Source of the DNA: an uncultured Candidatus Saccharibacteria bacterium
Lineage (GTDB): Bacteria > Patescibacteriota > Minisyncoccia > SW-4-49-11
Direction of reading: 5' to 3'
Length of the DNA: 64,000 nt
NCBI GenBank assembly: GCA_964585065.1
Contig: CAZPCB010000002.1
Coordinates: 1,006 to 65,005 of the forward strand
Shown piece after piece: positions 37,655-48,398 of the stretch. Position numbers and translations under genes: made by a program. Position 1 is the first letter of the stretch. Every line of letters starts with the position of its first letter. Under the pieces are notes generated by a model. That model had not been told where the DNA came from. It was given only the letters and a program-made list of their open reading frames with translations, and did no database searches.

Positions 37655-40600
37655 ATGCAAGAATTTGTCCATCTTAATACTCGCTCTCATTACAGCATAC
37701 TTGAGGCCATAGGTTCTATTGATGACATTATCGCAAGGGCTCAGTTATTAAAATTTGATACCGTAACCCTTGCCGATAAGGATAATATGTTTGGGGCTAT
37801 TGAGTTTTATGAAAAAGCAAAAAAAGCTAATATAAAACCAATATTAGGAATATGTCTATCTGTTGGAAGCTTTGATGCAGGAGATAATAAAAGCTATTCC
37901 TTAACCCTACTTGCTAAATCCTATGCTGGATATATGAATTTGATTGAGCTTGCCTCTCTGGTTCGACTTAATACTCATAAATATGTTTCTTTTGAGGAAT
38001 TATCCCAATATTCTGATGATATTATTTGTCTTACTGGTAATTATACTGGGGAAATCGCCTCTTATCTTATTCATACTCCTTCCAAAGTTTCAGCTTGGGT
38101 AAAATCCTATAAAGATATTTTTAAAGAAAACCTTTATTTTGAAGTTTTACCACTTATCAATACCCCTGACCAATTAAAAGCAAATACCCTATTAACTGAG
38201 CTTGGGGTATCTGCTCAAATTCCTCTTGTTCTGACAGCTCAAAGTATGTATCTCACTTCTGAGCAAAAAACAGCTCACGATATTATGCTTGCCATTAAGT
38301 ATAAAACAAATATTCAAAATCCTGATCGTATTAGCTTTGCTTATGAAGATTATTCTCTCAAATCAGCTGAGGAAATGTATACTTTAGCTCAAGGACTCAA
38401 TATTCCAGAAGAGGCTATTCTTAATACCAGAATTATTGCTGATACTTGTAATGTAGAAATACCTCTCTATCAAATACAGCTACCTGCCTTTGAGGTGCCC
38501 ATACTTGAATCAGGAGAGAAATTATCAAATGAAAATTATCTTCGACACCTTTGTGAGGATGGAATACTAAAGCGTTATCCGGGAAAAGATCAAAAACCTA
38601 TACGAGAACGCCTCGAATATGAGTTTGATGTTATAAAAACTGCTGGATATATTGACTATTTTCTCATTGTATCTGATTTTATTAATTGGGCTAAAAGTAA
38701 TAACATATTGGTAGGACCGGGGAGAGGTTCTGCAGCTGGAAGTTTGGTTGCTTATTTACTTGCTATAACCGATCTTGACCCTCTCGAATATCAGCTTTTG
38801 TTTGAGCGATTCTTGAACCCTGCTCGTGTTTCTATGCCTGATATTGATATTGATTTTCAGGACAATAAGAGAGAATTAGTATTACAATATGTAGCTCAAA
38901 AATATGGTCAGGATCATGTGGCTCAAATTTGTACTTTTGGAACTATGGCAGCTAAAGCCGCGATTCGAGATACAGGGAGGGCTCTCGGGTATTCTTATGG
39001 GCTATGTGATTCTATTGCAAAGCTTATCGAACAAAAAACTATTGCTAAATCTATAGTCAATTCTCGAGAACTCAAAGCTCGCTATGAGCAAGAAGAAAAG
39101 GTAACAACTCTTATTGATGCTGCTCAAGAATTAGAAGGGTCGGTGAGGCATACTTCCACACATGCTTGTGCTGTAGTGATATCTCCCAAAAAACTCACCT
39201 CTTATACTCCCCTACAAATTTCTGAATCTGGAGGAAAAACATCTATTACTACTCAATACGAAATGCATGCTATTGAAGATTTAGGACTTCTTAAAATGGA
39301 TTTTTTGGGATTATCTAACCTCTCAACTATTGAGTCTACTCTTGAGTTAATACAATCTCAGACAGGAACTATTATTGATATCAATAATCTTCCCATCAAA
39401 GATGCGTTAACCTATAAATTATTCCAAAAAGGACAAACCACTGGGGTATTCCAATTCGAATCTCAGGGAATGAAAAAAGCTCTTATTGGATTAAAACCAT
39501 CAGACTTTAATGATCTTATTGCTATGGTTTCCCTGTATAGACCGGGTCCTATGGAGCTTATACCAACTTATATAGCTCGTAAACATGGTAAGGAGGAGGT
39601 TTCTTATTTACACCCTAATCTGGAGCCTATTTTGAAACCAACTTATGGAATTATGATTTACCAAGAGCAGCTGATGCAAGCCTCACAAGCGGTGGCAGGA
39701 TTTTCGCTACCAGAAGCCGATACCTTGCGTAAAGCTGTGGGAAAAAAGATTAAAGAGTTAATGGATGAGCAGAAAACGAATATTATTGAAGGTACTGTTA
39801 AACAAGGTATAGAGAGACAAGTTGGGGAAAAATTATGGGAATTAATTGAGCCTTTTGGAGATTATGGATTCAATAAATCGCATGCCGCTTGTTATGCTTT
39901 TATCGCCTATCAGACAGCCTATCTCAAAGCACATTATCCTCTACAATTTATGGTAGCTCTCCTCAATAGTGATGCCAAAGATATGACGCGTATTGCTATT
40001 GATATTACAGAATCTCGACAATTAGGGCTCAAGATTCAAGCCCCTCATGTAAATAATAGCAAAGCTCAATTTTCTGGCATTGATTCTACAATTTTCTATG
40101 GTCTTGCGAGTATCAAGAATATGAGTTCCCATTTAGCAGAATATATTGAGCAAGAGCGAATAGATAATGGCCCATTTAGCTCTTTAGAAGATTTTTTCAA
40201 AAGAATACCAGCAAAAGAATTAAATAAGAAAAATTTAGAAGCCTTAATCAAAGGGGGAGCTTTAGATGAATTAGAGAAAAGACATATACTTATCACAAAT
40301 ATCGATACTATTAGTTTATATATCAAAAAACTTTCTGATATCAATACCATAGTCCCAACCAATTCTTTATTTGGAAATACTGCCCCTACTGCACCTGTAT
40401 TAGATTTAGTAGATAGCCCGATTTCTCCAACAGAACAATTAAATCAAATTTTGGAATTAGAAAATCATTATCTTGGCTTATGGATTTCAGCTCATCCAAT
40501 CGATGAGTATAAAACAATTATAGAAGATTTAGCATTTCCAAGTATAAAAGAGCTCAAAGAATCTAAAAGAAAAACGGGGATGATTTTAGCTGGTATCATC

Positions 40601-41173
40601 AAAGAAAATAAAATTATTATGACGAAAAGTGGCTCCAAAATGGCATTTATAACACTAGAAGATTATAATGATAGCATTGAGGCTATTATATTCCCAAGTA
40701 TTTATGGACCTATATCTGATGCTATTGTCCCTGGTAAAGGTTTTGCTCTCAAAGGAAAGCGCCAAGATAAAGATGGAAGTTCTCAGTTTATTGTATCAGA
40801 GGTCAAATCTCTCTCTGATACTGATATAAATACTTGGATTACCACAAAAGAAAAGAAAGATAATGGTAATTCGGTTGAGGATATTGGAGCTAGTATACCC
40901 GAGCCTGATGAGAGTATACCAAATACTATCCCCACAACTCCTGAAGGACAGGAAATTGTAGGTGTTAATATTATTATCCCCCCACATACCTCTAAAGATT
41001 CCTTGGAAAAAGTAAGAGATATATTAAATCGAGAGCCTCGAGGTAATTGTCCGGTATATCTAGTTGCTAATTATAATAGCCCAAATGTACAAATCAAATC
41101 CACTAATTTTGCAATTCAGTATTCCGAGGAACTTATATCCAGAATAAAATATATTCTCAATAATCCGGAATAA
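37655..41173 (+). CDS. dnaE: DNA polymerase III alpha subunit
   Basis: 1172 aa; PHP N-terminus (FVHLNTRSHYSILEA), PDIDIDF, palm/fingers region, OB-fold near the C-terminus. Confidence 0.95.
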   Translation: MQEFVHLNTRSHYSILEAIGSIDDIIARAQLLKFDTVTLADKDNMFGAIEFYEKAKKANIKPILGICLSVGSFDAGDNKSYSLTLLAKSYAGYMNLIELASLVRLNTHKYVSFEELSQYSDDIICLTGNYTGEIASYLIHTPSKVSAWVKSYKDIFKENLYFEVLPLINTPDQLKANTLLTELGVSAQIPLVLTAQSMYLTSEQKTAHDIMLAIKYKTNIQNPDRISFAYEDYSLKSAEEMYTLAQGLNIPEEAILNTRIIADTCNVEIPLYQIQLPAFEVPILESGEKLSNENYLRHLCEDGILKRYPGKDQKPIRERLEYEFDVIKTAGYIDYFLIVSDFINWAKSNNILVGPGRGSAAGSLVAYLLAITDLDPLEYQLLFERFLNPARVSMPDIDIDFQDNKRELVLQYVAQKYGQDHVAQICTFGTMAAKAAIRDTGRALGYSYGLCDSIAKLIEQKTIAKSIVNSRELKARYEQEEKVTTLIDAAQELEGSVRHTSTHACAVVISPKKLTSYTPLQISESGGKTSITTQYEMHAIEDLGLLKMDFLGLSNLSTIESTLELIQSQTGTIIDINNLPIKDALTYKLFQKGQTTGVFQFESQGMKKALIGLKPSDFNDLIAMVSLYRPGPMELIPTYIARKHGKEEVSYLHPNLEPILKPTYGIMIYQEQLMQASQAVAGFSLPEADTLRKAVGKKIKELMDEQKTNIIEGTVKQGIERQVGEKLWELIEPFGDYGFNKSHAACYAFIAYQTAYLKAHYPLQFMVALLNSDAKDMTRIAIDITESRQLGLKIQAPHVNNSKAQFSGIDSTIFYGLASIKNMSSHLAEYIEQERIDNGPFSSLEDFFKRIPAKELNKKNLEALIKGGALDELEKRHILITNIDTISLYIKKLSDINTIVPTNSLFGNTAPTAPVLDLVDSPISPTEQLNQILELENHYLGLWISAHPIDEYKTIIEDLAFPSIKELKESKRKTGMILAGIIKENKIIMTKSGSKMAFITLEDYNDSIEAIIFPSIYGPISDAIVPGKGFALKGKRQDKDGSSQFIVSEVKSLSDTDINTWITTKEKKDNGNSVEDIGASIPEPDESIPNTIPTTPEGQEIVGVNIIIPPHTSKDSLEKVRDILNREPRGNCPVYLVANYNSPNVQIKSTNFAIQYSEELISRIKYILNNPE

Positions 41174-41707
41174 CTACTCCTCCAGCTGAGCTTTACCAGC
41201 TTTTAGGTCCTTATATTTTCCTTCCCTGAGAAAAATTAGAAAGTTTTTATCCCATAACAATATACTATATGGTAATATTATGGCGGTAAGAAAAATTACG
41301 AGAAGAAAACTAAATGTAATAAAAAAATATAAGCCTATATAATAAGCTATGTCAGCCCCTTGTTGAATTGCTTGTTCAATATTTATAGGTTCTTGTAATG
41401 GCCAATTATTTGAAGTGTTATTTACTAAAAACGCAATACTTAAAAGCCCAATAACTCCTATTGCTATTATAGTGTTCAATGTGATTTCATTTACTTTTGT
41501 ATAAATATTTAGTTCTTCTTGAGTAAACTTTTTTGAATTAATAAATAACCTTACTTTTTGGAAAGCAGGGTTTTGTTTCTTTAGTTTACGTACAATAATA
41601 ATATAGAAAGAGGTGATAAGTAATATCCCTATACCTAAATTGATATTGAATATATTGTCTAATCCATAACCCAATACCTCTGGTAAGAATAATAAAGCTG
41701 ATGACAA
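41174..41707 (-). CDS. hypothetical integral membrane protein
   Basis: 177 aa with 4 hydrophobic segments. Confidence 0.4.
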   Translation of the reverse strand: MSSALLFLPEVLGYGLDNIFNINLGIGILLITSFYIIIVRKLKKQNPAFQKVRLFINSKKFTQEELNIYTKVNEITLNTIIAIGVIGLLSIAFLVNNTSNNWPLQEPINIEQAIQQGADIAYYIGLYFFITFSFLLVIFLTAIILPYSILLWDKNFLIFLREGKYKDLKAGKAQLEE

Positions 41708-41863
41708 CAGTCCTATGTATAGGATAACACTATAAAATCTACGATAATTAAGATCGTATATAATAGCATTAATAATAGTAGTATTAATTATTTGATATTA
41801 GTCTATGTATTTTAATAATACCTCTTTTTCAGATTTTATCAAATATCTGTAATTGTGGATAAA

Positions 41864-42496
41864 TCACTCCTCAATAAACGGAAATATTTTGATATCATTA
41901 ATTGATGATGTGTGTAAATTTAACGTTTTGTATAGGGGGAAGAATATGTTTTTTACATATGTGTCTTTACTCCCGAGTAATCCAATAGATATATGTCTTC
42001 TAATCAAAATGAGAGACCATAAAGCTTGATCCCAATAACAGTACAGATTTATCAATTTTATCTCTTTTTTTTGTAACTTTGCTTGTAAATATTCTGGGAA
42101 CAACCTATTCCGTGAAATATTACTTTGAATAAATACAATTTTTTTCAAAGAAGGGGGTAATGTGTGATTGGTAAGATAGTTTAATAACAAAGAACTTCCT
42201 GCTGAATGACAAACTATTATTTCTGGTTTTGTTAACTCCAACTCTTTTTGCAATCTATGATATACTTTTTGATTCTCCGTCTTTAACATTTCAATATCAT
42301 ATTGTTTTATACTTGTTTTTACATTAATAGTTTCCCAAAAATTCAATTTACGAGACATTTCCCAACGAAACACTTTAGCCTCCCCCGCCTCAATTAAATC
42401 ATCAAAAGCTCCAAAGCCAGCATTTTCTCCTTCTGCTGATTTAAAAAAAGAATATTGTAAACCAATACCATATCCATGTATAAGTAAATATTTCAT
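41864..42496 (-). CDS. putative alpha/beta hydrolase (esterase-like)
   Basis: N-terminal LLIHGYG; nucleophile elbow CHSAGS. Confidence 0.4.
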   Translation of the reverse strand: MKYLLIHGYGIGLQYSFFKSAEGENAGFGAFDDLIEAGEAKVFRWEMSRKLNFWETINVKTSIKQYDIEMLKTENQKVYHRLQKELELTKPEIIVCHSAGSSLLLNYLTNHTLPPSLKKIVFIQSNISRNRLFPEYLQAKLQKKEIKLINLYCYWDQALWSLILIRRHISIGLLGSKDTYVKNIFFPLYKTLNLHTSSINDIKIFPFIEE

Positions 42497-42641
42497 ATAT
42501 CTATATTATACATTTTTGAAAGCTATTATGCTATACTATATATACTTCTGTATTATTTTCATGGATTCAAATCTCCCAAACAACCTAGAAGCTCCTATTT
42601 GGAAACTTCTACTGCAAGACTTCAATGCACTGTACTCAGAC

Positions 42642-42787
42642 CAACAAATTCCTCCAGAAGTACTGAGAGATCATCCTGTACTTCGCCACCCTAACCCAAC
42701 TCCCCTTACACAAGCAACAAACTCCTCCAGAAGTGCTGAGAAATCATCCTGTACTTCACCACCCTAACCCAACTCCCCTTACAGATT
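42642..42787. repeat. two tandem copies of a 73-bp direct repeat (about 93% identical), GC-richer than the surroundings, upstream of 42867
   Basis: caacaaattcctccagaagtactgagagatcatcctgtacttcgccaccctaacccaactccccttaca versus the next 73 bp. Confidence 0.85.
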
Positions 42788-42866
42788 AGTAGGTGGGAGT
42801 TTTTCTTGTTTTGCAAAAAATGTATATTTAGTCTATAATACTTAAGTCTAAAAATAACTGTTATTT

Positions 42867-43922
42867 GTGTTGGGCCAAGCCCTATTATTTCCCTTATATA
42901 TGTCTAGAATATCTTCTCTTGGCACACTTCTTAGTTTGCCTACCCAAATTATATCTTCAAAGGATTCTGTTGAGAATTCTTGTGAGAATTATCGTACTAT
43001 TGAATGGGGAAAATATTCTCGGTCCTATCATAATCTTTTATCCGCTCAATTTACCGCGCTTTTATCTAATCATAGAGGATTTAGTTATATAAATAACTCT
43101 ATTTATCATAATAATTCTAAAAACTCTCTTAACTTAGAGAATTTAGTACAGCAAAGTCTCATTCATCGTCCTAAAATTATATGGCTTCCTTGTATGGACG
43201 AGAGAATACAATATCTCACAGCCTCTCATCATGCTTTATCTCTTGGAATGCCGGGATGTGAATGTCTTATGACTTATACAAATAAAGCCAAAATGATAGA
43301 TGATATTATTGATATTTGCAAAAATAGTCCAAGCATACAAGAAATTATTACTACCTCTCATTCTGACTGTGGAGCTGTTGATTATGCGATAAAAAAATAT
43401 GATAAGGCCCATATAGTAAGTCGTATTACTCATAAATTAAAAAAGAGAGCGGCTCTCATTGATAAAGAGGGAGAAAAATATGCCCTCCATTTTACTCACT
43501 TATTAGAAAATGCTCTCCAAGAAAATAATCTCAATATTTCCGTAAGAACTCATCATTTTCAACAACAAGAATTACATTCCCAAAATCTACATAATGCCTT
43601 TGGGGCAATTATTAATTTCAACCCTCTTCTTAATAGTGCTGAATTAGAGGAAAATCTAGAATTACCGATGTTTAATATTTATGCTGGTGGCCAAAAGCCG
43701 ACACAAATACTCAAAAATATTGAGTTAGCTTTACGTATATCTGCAGGGGAGAATGGATTCGGTAATATCTATTTCAATAAAGAGAATCCTTTCATCTTAT
43801 TCTTCACCCTTAATCAAAACCAATCCCCCGATTCAATCAAATTCACTCAATCTATTATCAAAAAATTACAAGAAAAAGACCTCCCACTTGAAGTTGTGTA
43901 CACTATATTAGAGACAGCCTAA
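42867..43922 (+). CDS. hypothetical protein with a divergent beta-carbonic-anhydrase-like zinc-site arrangement
   Basis: C-x-D-x-R (LPCMDER), then 56 residues, then H-x-x-C-G (SHSDCGA, compare GHSxCGA in beta-CA); the intervening RNAGN-type motif is not seen, so the assignment is tentative. Confidence 0.3.
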   Translation: MLGQALLFPLYMSRISSLGTLLSLPTQIISSKDSVENSCENYRTIEWGKYSRSYHNLLSAQFTALLSNHRGFSYINNSIYHNNSKNSLNLENLVQQSLIHRPKIIWLPCMDERIQYLTASHHALSLGMPGCECLMTYTNKAKMIDDIIDICKNSPSIQEIITTSHSDCGAVDYAIKKYDKAHIVSRITHKLKKRAALIDKEGEKYALHFTHLLENALQENNLNISVRTHHFQQQELHSQNLHNAFGAIINFNPLLNSAELEENLELPMFNIYAGGQKPTQILKNIELALRISAGENGFGNIYFNKENPFILFFTLNQNQSPDSIKFTQSIIKKLQEKDLPLEVVYTILETA

Positions 43923-43929
43923 TTTTTAT

Positions 43930-45822
43930 TTGACGATATTCTTTAGAATTGTTAATCTAACATATATACATCAAAAAAAATATACTATGTTTAGATCACG
44001 CAAATCTCTGTTTATCTTTTTAGGATTTGCTATTATATTAAGTTTTGCTATAGGATACAGTATTCCAAATAATTTTATTCAATCACCACAAATAAATCCT
44101 TCAGATACCATTCCCACAGAATCTTTTTCTGAGCAAAATCTTCATTATTCCTATCTTAATGATAAAAACTATTTTGAAGAAGCCTTTCAAAATTTACCTC
44201 AACCGACAAATTCCAAGAGTGAGGATATAAAAGGTCTTATTATACCTCATCATCTGGTCGCAAAAAAACTTATTGCTAATGCCTTTAATCAAGTTACATC
44301 TGATAAACCTCTTACAGTATTTCTTATTAGTCCTAATCACTTTAATACTGGTCGAGGGCAAATCATCACATCTCAATATGACTGGAGTACTCCCTATGGT
44401 ATTATTGAGCCCAATACTCAAATAATTGATAAGCTGATTGAAATTAATACTACTATAAAAATAGATGAATCTCCATTTACTAATGAACATGGAATATCAA
44501 ATGAAGTTTCTTTTATCAAAAAAACTCTTCCTCAGGCTCAAATTGTCCCCCTTATTATTAAAGATACAATATCACAGAATCAAATTAATACTTTTGTTGA
44601 TAATTTAACTCAAAATCTTCCAGAAAATTATCTTTTCGTTGCTTCCCTAGACTTTTGTCATAATAAAGGAGTTACCATATGTAATCAAAATGATAAAAAA
44701 AGTCTTTCTATTCTCTCCAAATTTGACTATAAAGACACTAAAAGTGTTGATGTAGACTCTCCAGCAGGATTACAAATACTATTACAAAGTCTCAATAAAC
44801 TTGGCTATTCTCAATTTAATCTTCTAGAAAATACTAATTCTGTAAATATTATAGGAGAAGCACCTAATGATGAAATGGTCAGTTATATTACAGGATATAT
44901 CACCAAAAAATCTGAGAGCAAAAAAGTAGATATATTATCTTTTGGGGATATGATGCTTGATAGATATATGCGTAATGCCATTAATTCTAGAGGTTTTGAT
45001 GCTATTTTTGAGAATATGAGAAGTATTATTAAGGATAAAAATATTATTTTAGTTAATTTAGAAGGAAGTTTCACCTCCTTTACCCCAAAACCCCTTAATC
45101 CTAATAATGTACAATTTACTTTTGACCCTGCCATTGTACCTAAATTAAAAGACTTGGGATTTACTCATTTTGGACTTGCTAATAATCATTCTCTTGATTT
45201 TGGATTGGCTGGGCTTAATCAAAACAAAGATTTTCTCAGTAAATCAGGTATAGACTATTTTGGAGAACCCAATAATAAAGATGCTATTTCCTTTATTCAA
45301 TCAGTTAATGATATGAATATTGGACTTATTGGATATCATGAATTTAATAATCCTGATACCAGTTCTGTAATACAAGAAATCAAATCTCTCAAGGATAAAA
45401 CTGATTTTATTATAGTATATCCACATTGGGGTATTGAATATCAAACTCAATTCTCTAGAGGGCAGCAAGTTAAGGCTTATCAATTTATTGATGCGGGGGC
45501 AGATGCCGTAATTGGAGCTCATCCACATGTTATACAACCAATAGAAATATATCAAAATAAACCTATATTCTACTCCTTAGGAAATTTTATATTTGACCAA
45601 ACATTTTCAAAAAACACCCAACAAGGATTAGCTCTTAATATTACCCTACAAGATAATAGTGCTACTTATACACTAATCCCTCTTGAGTCTCGTAACTTAA
45701 TTCCTTATATTGCAGAGGATAATTCTCGTAAAACAACACTCTCAAATCTTGCTGAGAATTCATCTGTTTCAGAAGATATAAAATCTCAGTTAGAATTGGG
45801 GATAATTAATTTGAATCGATAA
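43930..45822 (+). CDS. fusion protein: N-terminal Memo-like (AmmeMemoRadiSam system protein B-type) domain + C-terminal CapA/PgsA metallophosphatase-fold domain
   Basis: The N-terminal half has IIPHH...FLISPNH...TNEHGISNEVSFI (Memo/LigB-like). The C-terminal half has FGDMMLDR..NLE..LANNHSLDFG..IVYPHWGIEY..GADAVIGAHPHVIQPIE..YSLGNFIF, the canonical CapA pattern. Confidence 0.6.
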   Translation: MTIFFRIVNLTYIHQKKYTMFRSRKSLFIFLGFAIILSFAIGYSIPNNFIQSPQINPSDTIPTESFSEQNLHYSYLNDKNYFEEAFQNLPQPTNSKSEDIKGLIIPHHLVAKKLIANAFNQVTSDKPLTVFLISPNHFNTGRGQIITSQYDWSTPYGIIEPNTQIIDKLIEINTTIKIDESPFTNEHGISNEVSFIKKTLPQAQIVPLIIKDTISQNQINTFVDNLTQNLPENYLFVASLDFCHNKGVTICNQNDKKSLSILSKFDYKDTKSVDVDSPAGLQILLQSLNKLGYSQFNLLENTNSVNIIGEAPNDEMVSYITGYITKKSESKKVDILSFGDMMLDRYMRNAINSRGFDAIFENMRSIIKDKNIILVNLEGSFTSFTPKPLNPNNVQFTFDPAIVPKLKDLGFTHFGLANNHSLDFGLAGLNQNKDFLSKSGIDYFGEPNNKDAISFIQSVNDMNIGLIGYHEFNNPDTSSVIQEIKSLKDKTDFIIVYPHWGIEYQTQFSRGQQVKAYQFIDAGADAVIGAHPHVIQPIEIYQNKPIFYSLGNFIFDQTFSKNTQQGLALNITLQDNSATYTLIPLESRNLIPYIAEDNSRKTTLSNLAENSSVSEDIKSQLELGIINLNR

Positions 45823-45868
45823 AATACTGTGTTACTATTAGTATATAATTAATATAAAAACCTATTTT

Positions 45869-47653
45869 ATGGCTGATAATATTGACCCTATCAATACATC
45901 CACAACTCCTGAACCTACCCAAACTCCAATAACTCCACCCGTACAAAATCCTAAAAAAAATTCAAAGAAAACACTTCTTATTATTCTATTTGCTCTTCTC
46001 CTACTCGGAGCCGCTGGAGCAAGTGGATATTTTTTGTCTCAAAAAATAAATCCTTCTAGTCCTACAAATACCACTCCAGCAGAAACAACTAATACCACTA
46101 CAGAGCCAACACCGACTCCAGAACCAGTAACACCTTTTATATCTTGGATAGAGCCTCAAAAAATAGCTTCTCTAGGATTATTTGATACAAAAAAAGATGA
46201 AAATGGAGATGGATTGTCTGAGAGTGATATTAATTATTATAAAGTTGGTACTATTAATAAAGATACCTATCAAGGAGCTGAGATTATACTCGTAAGAAGA
46301 GCTCCTTTTAATCTAATTCCTTTTTCCTCCTATCGTTTTATAAAGAACAAAGATAATATAATATTTCTCCCTTCCTATTCCGATGAAAGGTTTGAAGAAG
46401 ATAAATTAATAAATAGTAAATTCACTGAAGATAAAAGTTTCGTAATATCAGATCTTGATTTTCCAAAAACTATTATAGGAGATTCTCCTCGAAAAGTATT
46501 AACCAAGACTATAGAAGGAGATGGTATAAAATATATTCCTTTTGATAAAACTAATTTAACCAAAGCATTTACTGATACTAAGCTTGGAGACGTATATATT
46601 TCAAAAGATAATACCCCCTCTGTCAATGATACTTTAGCTTTTAGTCAAAATGGAGAAGAAGGTTTAAATAAATTATTTAATAAAAATGGATTTTATATTA
46701 AATCTCCGGATGGTGGAACTGTAATTTATAATCTCGATATTGATTTTATCAAAGGTAAAAGCACTCCTGAAATCACGTATCTTGATGGGAAGAAGAATAC
46801 AAAAGAATTCCTCTCTACTGATATTGGTGGCTGTGGTAGTACTAATTTTATATCTGTAGTTAATGATATTAATGTTTCAACTGATCTTGAGAAAATTGGA
46901 ATAAATTCCAAAGGAGATGATATATATAAGCTCAAAGACCCTAATAATGCTCTCTTGAAAGACTTTTATGATAATAATTATTTCCCCGAAGGTAAAAAAA
47001 TAGCCTATAAAGATTTTGTAGCAAAAAACCCTCTTATTTTCTGGGTTGATCCCTTTAATCGTGTAATTAAGTTTACTGATGTTACCTATATTCCTGCCGC
47101 TGAATGTGGAAAGCCTGTGATTTATTTATATCCAAAAGAGACAACTAAAGTAAATGTACAGGTTGAGCCACAAGGAGGATTTACCTATACCGATCCGGTA
47201 TATCCTGAAGGTGGGTGGAATGTACTTGCAACTCCTCAAGGTAAATTGACATATCTTCTTGATAATAAGCCTTATCCTTATCTCTTCTGGGAAGGTCGTG
47301 GAGGTTTATATGAAAAGCCCAAGAAAGGTTTTGTCGTAAAAAAAGCAGAAGTATATTCTTTCTTACAACAAAAATTAGCTGAGTTAGGACTTAATACACA
47401 AGAAGCGGCAGATTTCCTAGAATTCTGGTATCCTCGTATGCAAGCAAAGCCTTATTACTTCATTAGTTTCCTTGGTAATCAGGTTATGGATAAACTCGCT
47501 CCTCTTAATATAACTCCAAAGCCCGATACGGTAATTCGTGTACTTATGGATTATACTCCTCTTGATCAACCTATTGAAGTAGAAGGATTTAAAATTAAAA
47601 CTCCTGAGCGAAAAGGCTTCACCGTCGTAGAATGGGGTGGAGTAATCCAATAG
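45869..47653 (+). CDS. membrane-anchored secreted hypothetical protein (Pro/Thr-rich linker after the TM)
   Basis: 594-aa ORF; TM at ~35-55; no recognisable domain. Confidence 0.5.
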   Translation: MADNIDPINTSTTPEPTQTPITPPVQNPKKNSKKTLLIILFALLLLGAAGASGYFLSQKINPSSPTNTTPAETTNTTTEPTPTPEPVTPFISWIEPQKIASLGLFDTKKDENGDGLSESDINYYKVGTINKDTYQGAEIILVRRAPFNLIPFSSYRFIKNKDNIIFLPSYSDERFEEDKLINSKFTEDKSFVISDLDFPKTIIGDSPRKVLTKTIEGDGIKYIPFDKTNLTKAFTDTKLGDVYISKDNTPSVNDTLAFSQNGEEGLNKLFNKNGFYIKSPDGGTVIYNLDIDFIKGKSTPEITYLDGKKNTKEFLSTDIGGCGSTNFISVVNDINVSTDLEKIGINSKGDDIYKLKDPNNALLKDFYDNNYFPEGKKIAYKDFVAKNPLIFWVDPFNRVIKFTDVTYIPAAECGKPVIYLYPKETTKVNVQVEPQGGFTYTDPVYPEGGWNVLATPQGKLTYLLDNKPYPYLFWEGRGGLYEKPKKGFVVKKAEVYSFLQQKLAELGLNTQEAADFLEFWYPRMQAKPYYFISFLGNQVMDKLAPLNITPKPDTVIRVLMDYTPLDQPIEVEGFKIKTPERKGFTVVEWGGVIQ

Positions 47654-47681
47654 AATAGTCTTAATCCCTTCTTATTGAACT

Positions 47682-47758
47682 ATATCCCTTAGACCTATTA
47701 GGCTAAGGGATATAATTTTATCTTAAAGTATAGAAAAAAGCCCGAGCTGAGTAGCACG
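47682..47758. terminator. two hairpins between convergent genes: a perfect 12-bp palindrome tatatcccttag..ctaagggatata, then gcccg-N12-cgggc
   Basis: Seen directly in the sequence; a bidirectional terminator is likely. Confidence 0.5.
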
Positions 47759-47781
47759 GGCGGGTTTAGTAGAGATGTCAA

Positions 47782-48051
47782 TCAATCCTTGAGATAGGGA
47801 CGAGATGTTTGGTAACGAGGATTGATGATATTTTCACCCTTCACACTGTAAGGGAGTTTATCTGTATCATTTGTATCAATGAGCTCATAGGACTCATCAG
47901 GGTTGATTTCTCTCGTTTGAGAATCAAATCTAAATGTAAGAGTTTTGTTTTTTTTCTTATCAAAATATTCTCCTAAAAAAATATAAACTAGTCTCTTTGA
48001 TGCTCGTGTGGTGGTTGTCATGTGATAAATTGAAAACACCTTAAACACCAT
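47782..48051 (-). CDS. hypothetical small protein
   Basis: 89-aa ORF. Confidence 0.35.
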   Translation of the reverse strand: MVFKVFSIYHMTTTTRASKRLVYIFLGEYFDKKKNKTLTFRFDSQTREINPDESYELIDTNDTDKLPYSVKGENIINPRYQTSRPYLKD

Positions 48052-48118
48052 ACTATATTTTCACTTCTTTGTAAAGATAATATACTCTGATATACTATAT
48101 ATAATAATTATTACTCTT

Positions 48119-48394
48119 ATGTCTAATATCAATCTAAAAGAGTCTTTATCTGAATTAAACTCTAATTGGATATTATCCGAAAATCAAGATTTATTATCTC
48201 GTCGTTTTGAACTTAATACTTTTGCAGAAGCTTTAGATTTAGTAAATAAAATTGGAAAACTTGCTGAAGAGCAAGGACATCATCCAGATATTAATCTTGG
48301 TTGGGGTTATGTAGAAATTTATCTTAGTACTCATGATATTGGGGGAATTTCTGAGAAAGATATAGTCTTAGCTAAAGCCATTGATAATTTATAG
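48119..48394 (+). CDS. pterin-4-alpha-carbinolamine dehydratase (PCD/DCoH)
   Basis: EEQGHHPDI and STHDIGGISEKD motifs. Confidence 0.8.
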   Translation: MSNINLKESLSELNSNWILSENQDLLSRRFELNTFAEALDLVNKIGKLAEEQGHHPDINLGWGYVEIYLSTHDIGGISEKDIVLAKAIDNL

Positions 48395-48398
48395 GTAT

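Noticed and set aside
42516-42767. 83-aa ORF running into the 73-bp tandem repeat
   Set aside because: Its 3' half is the direct repeat itself and it has no other features; probably non-coding.
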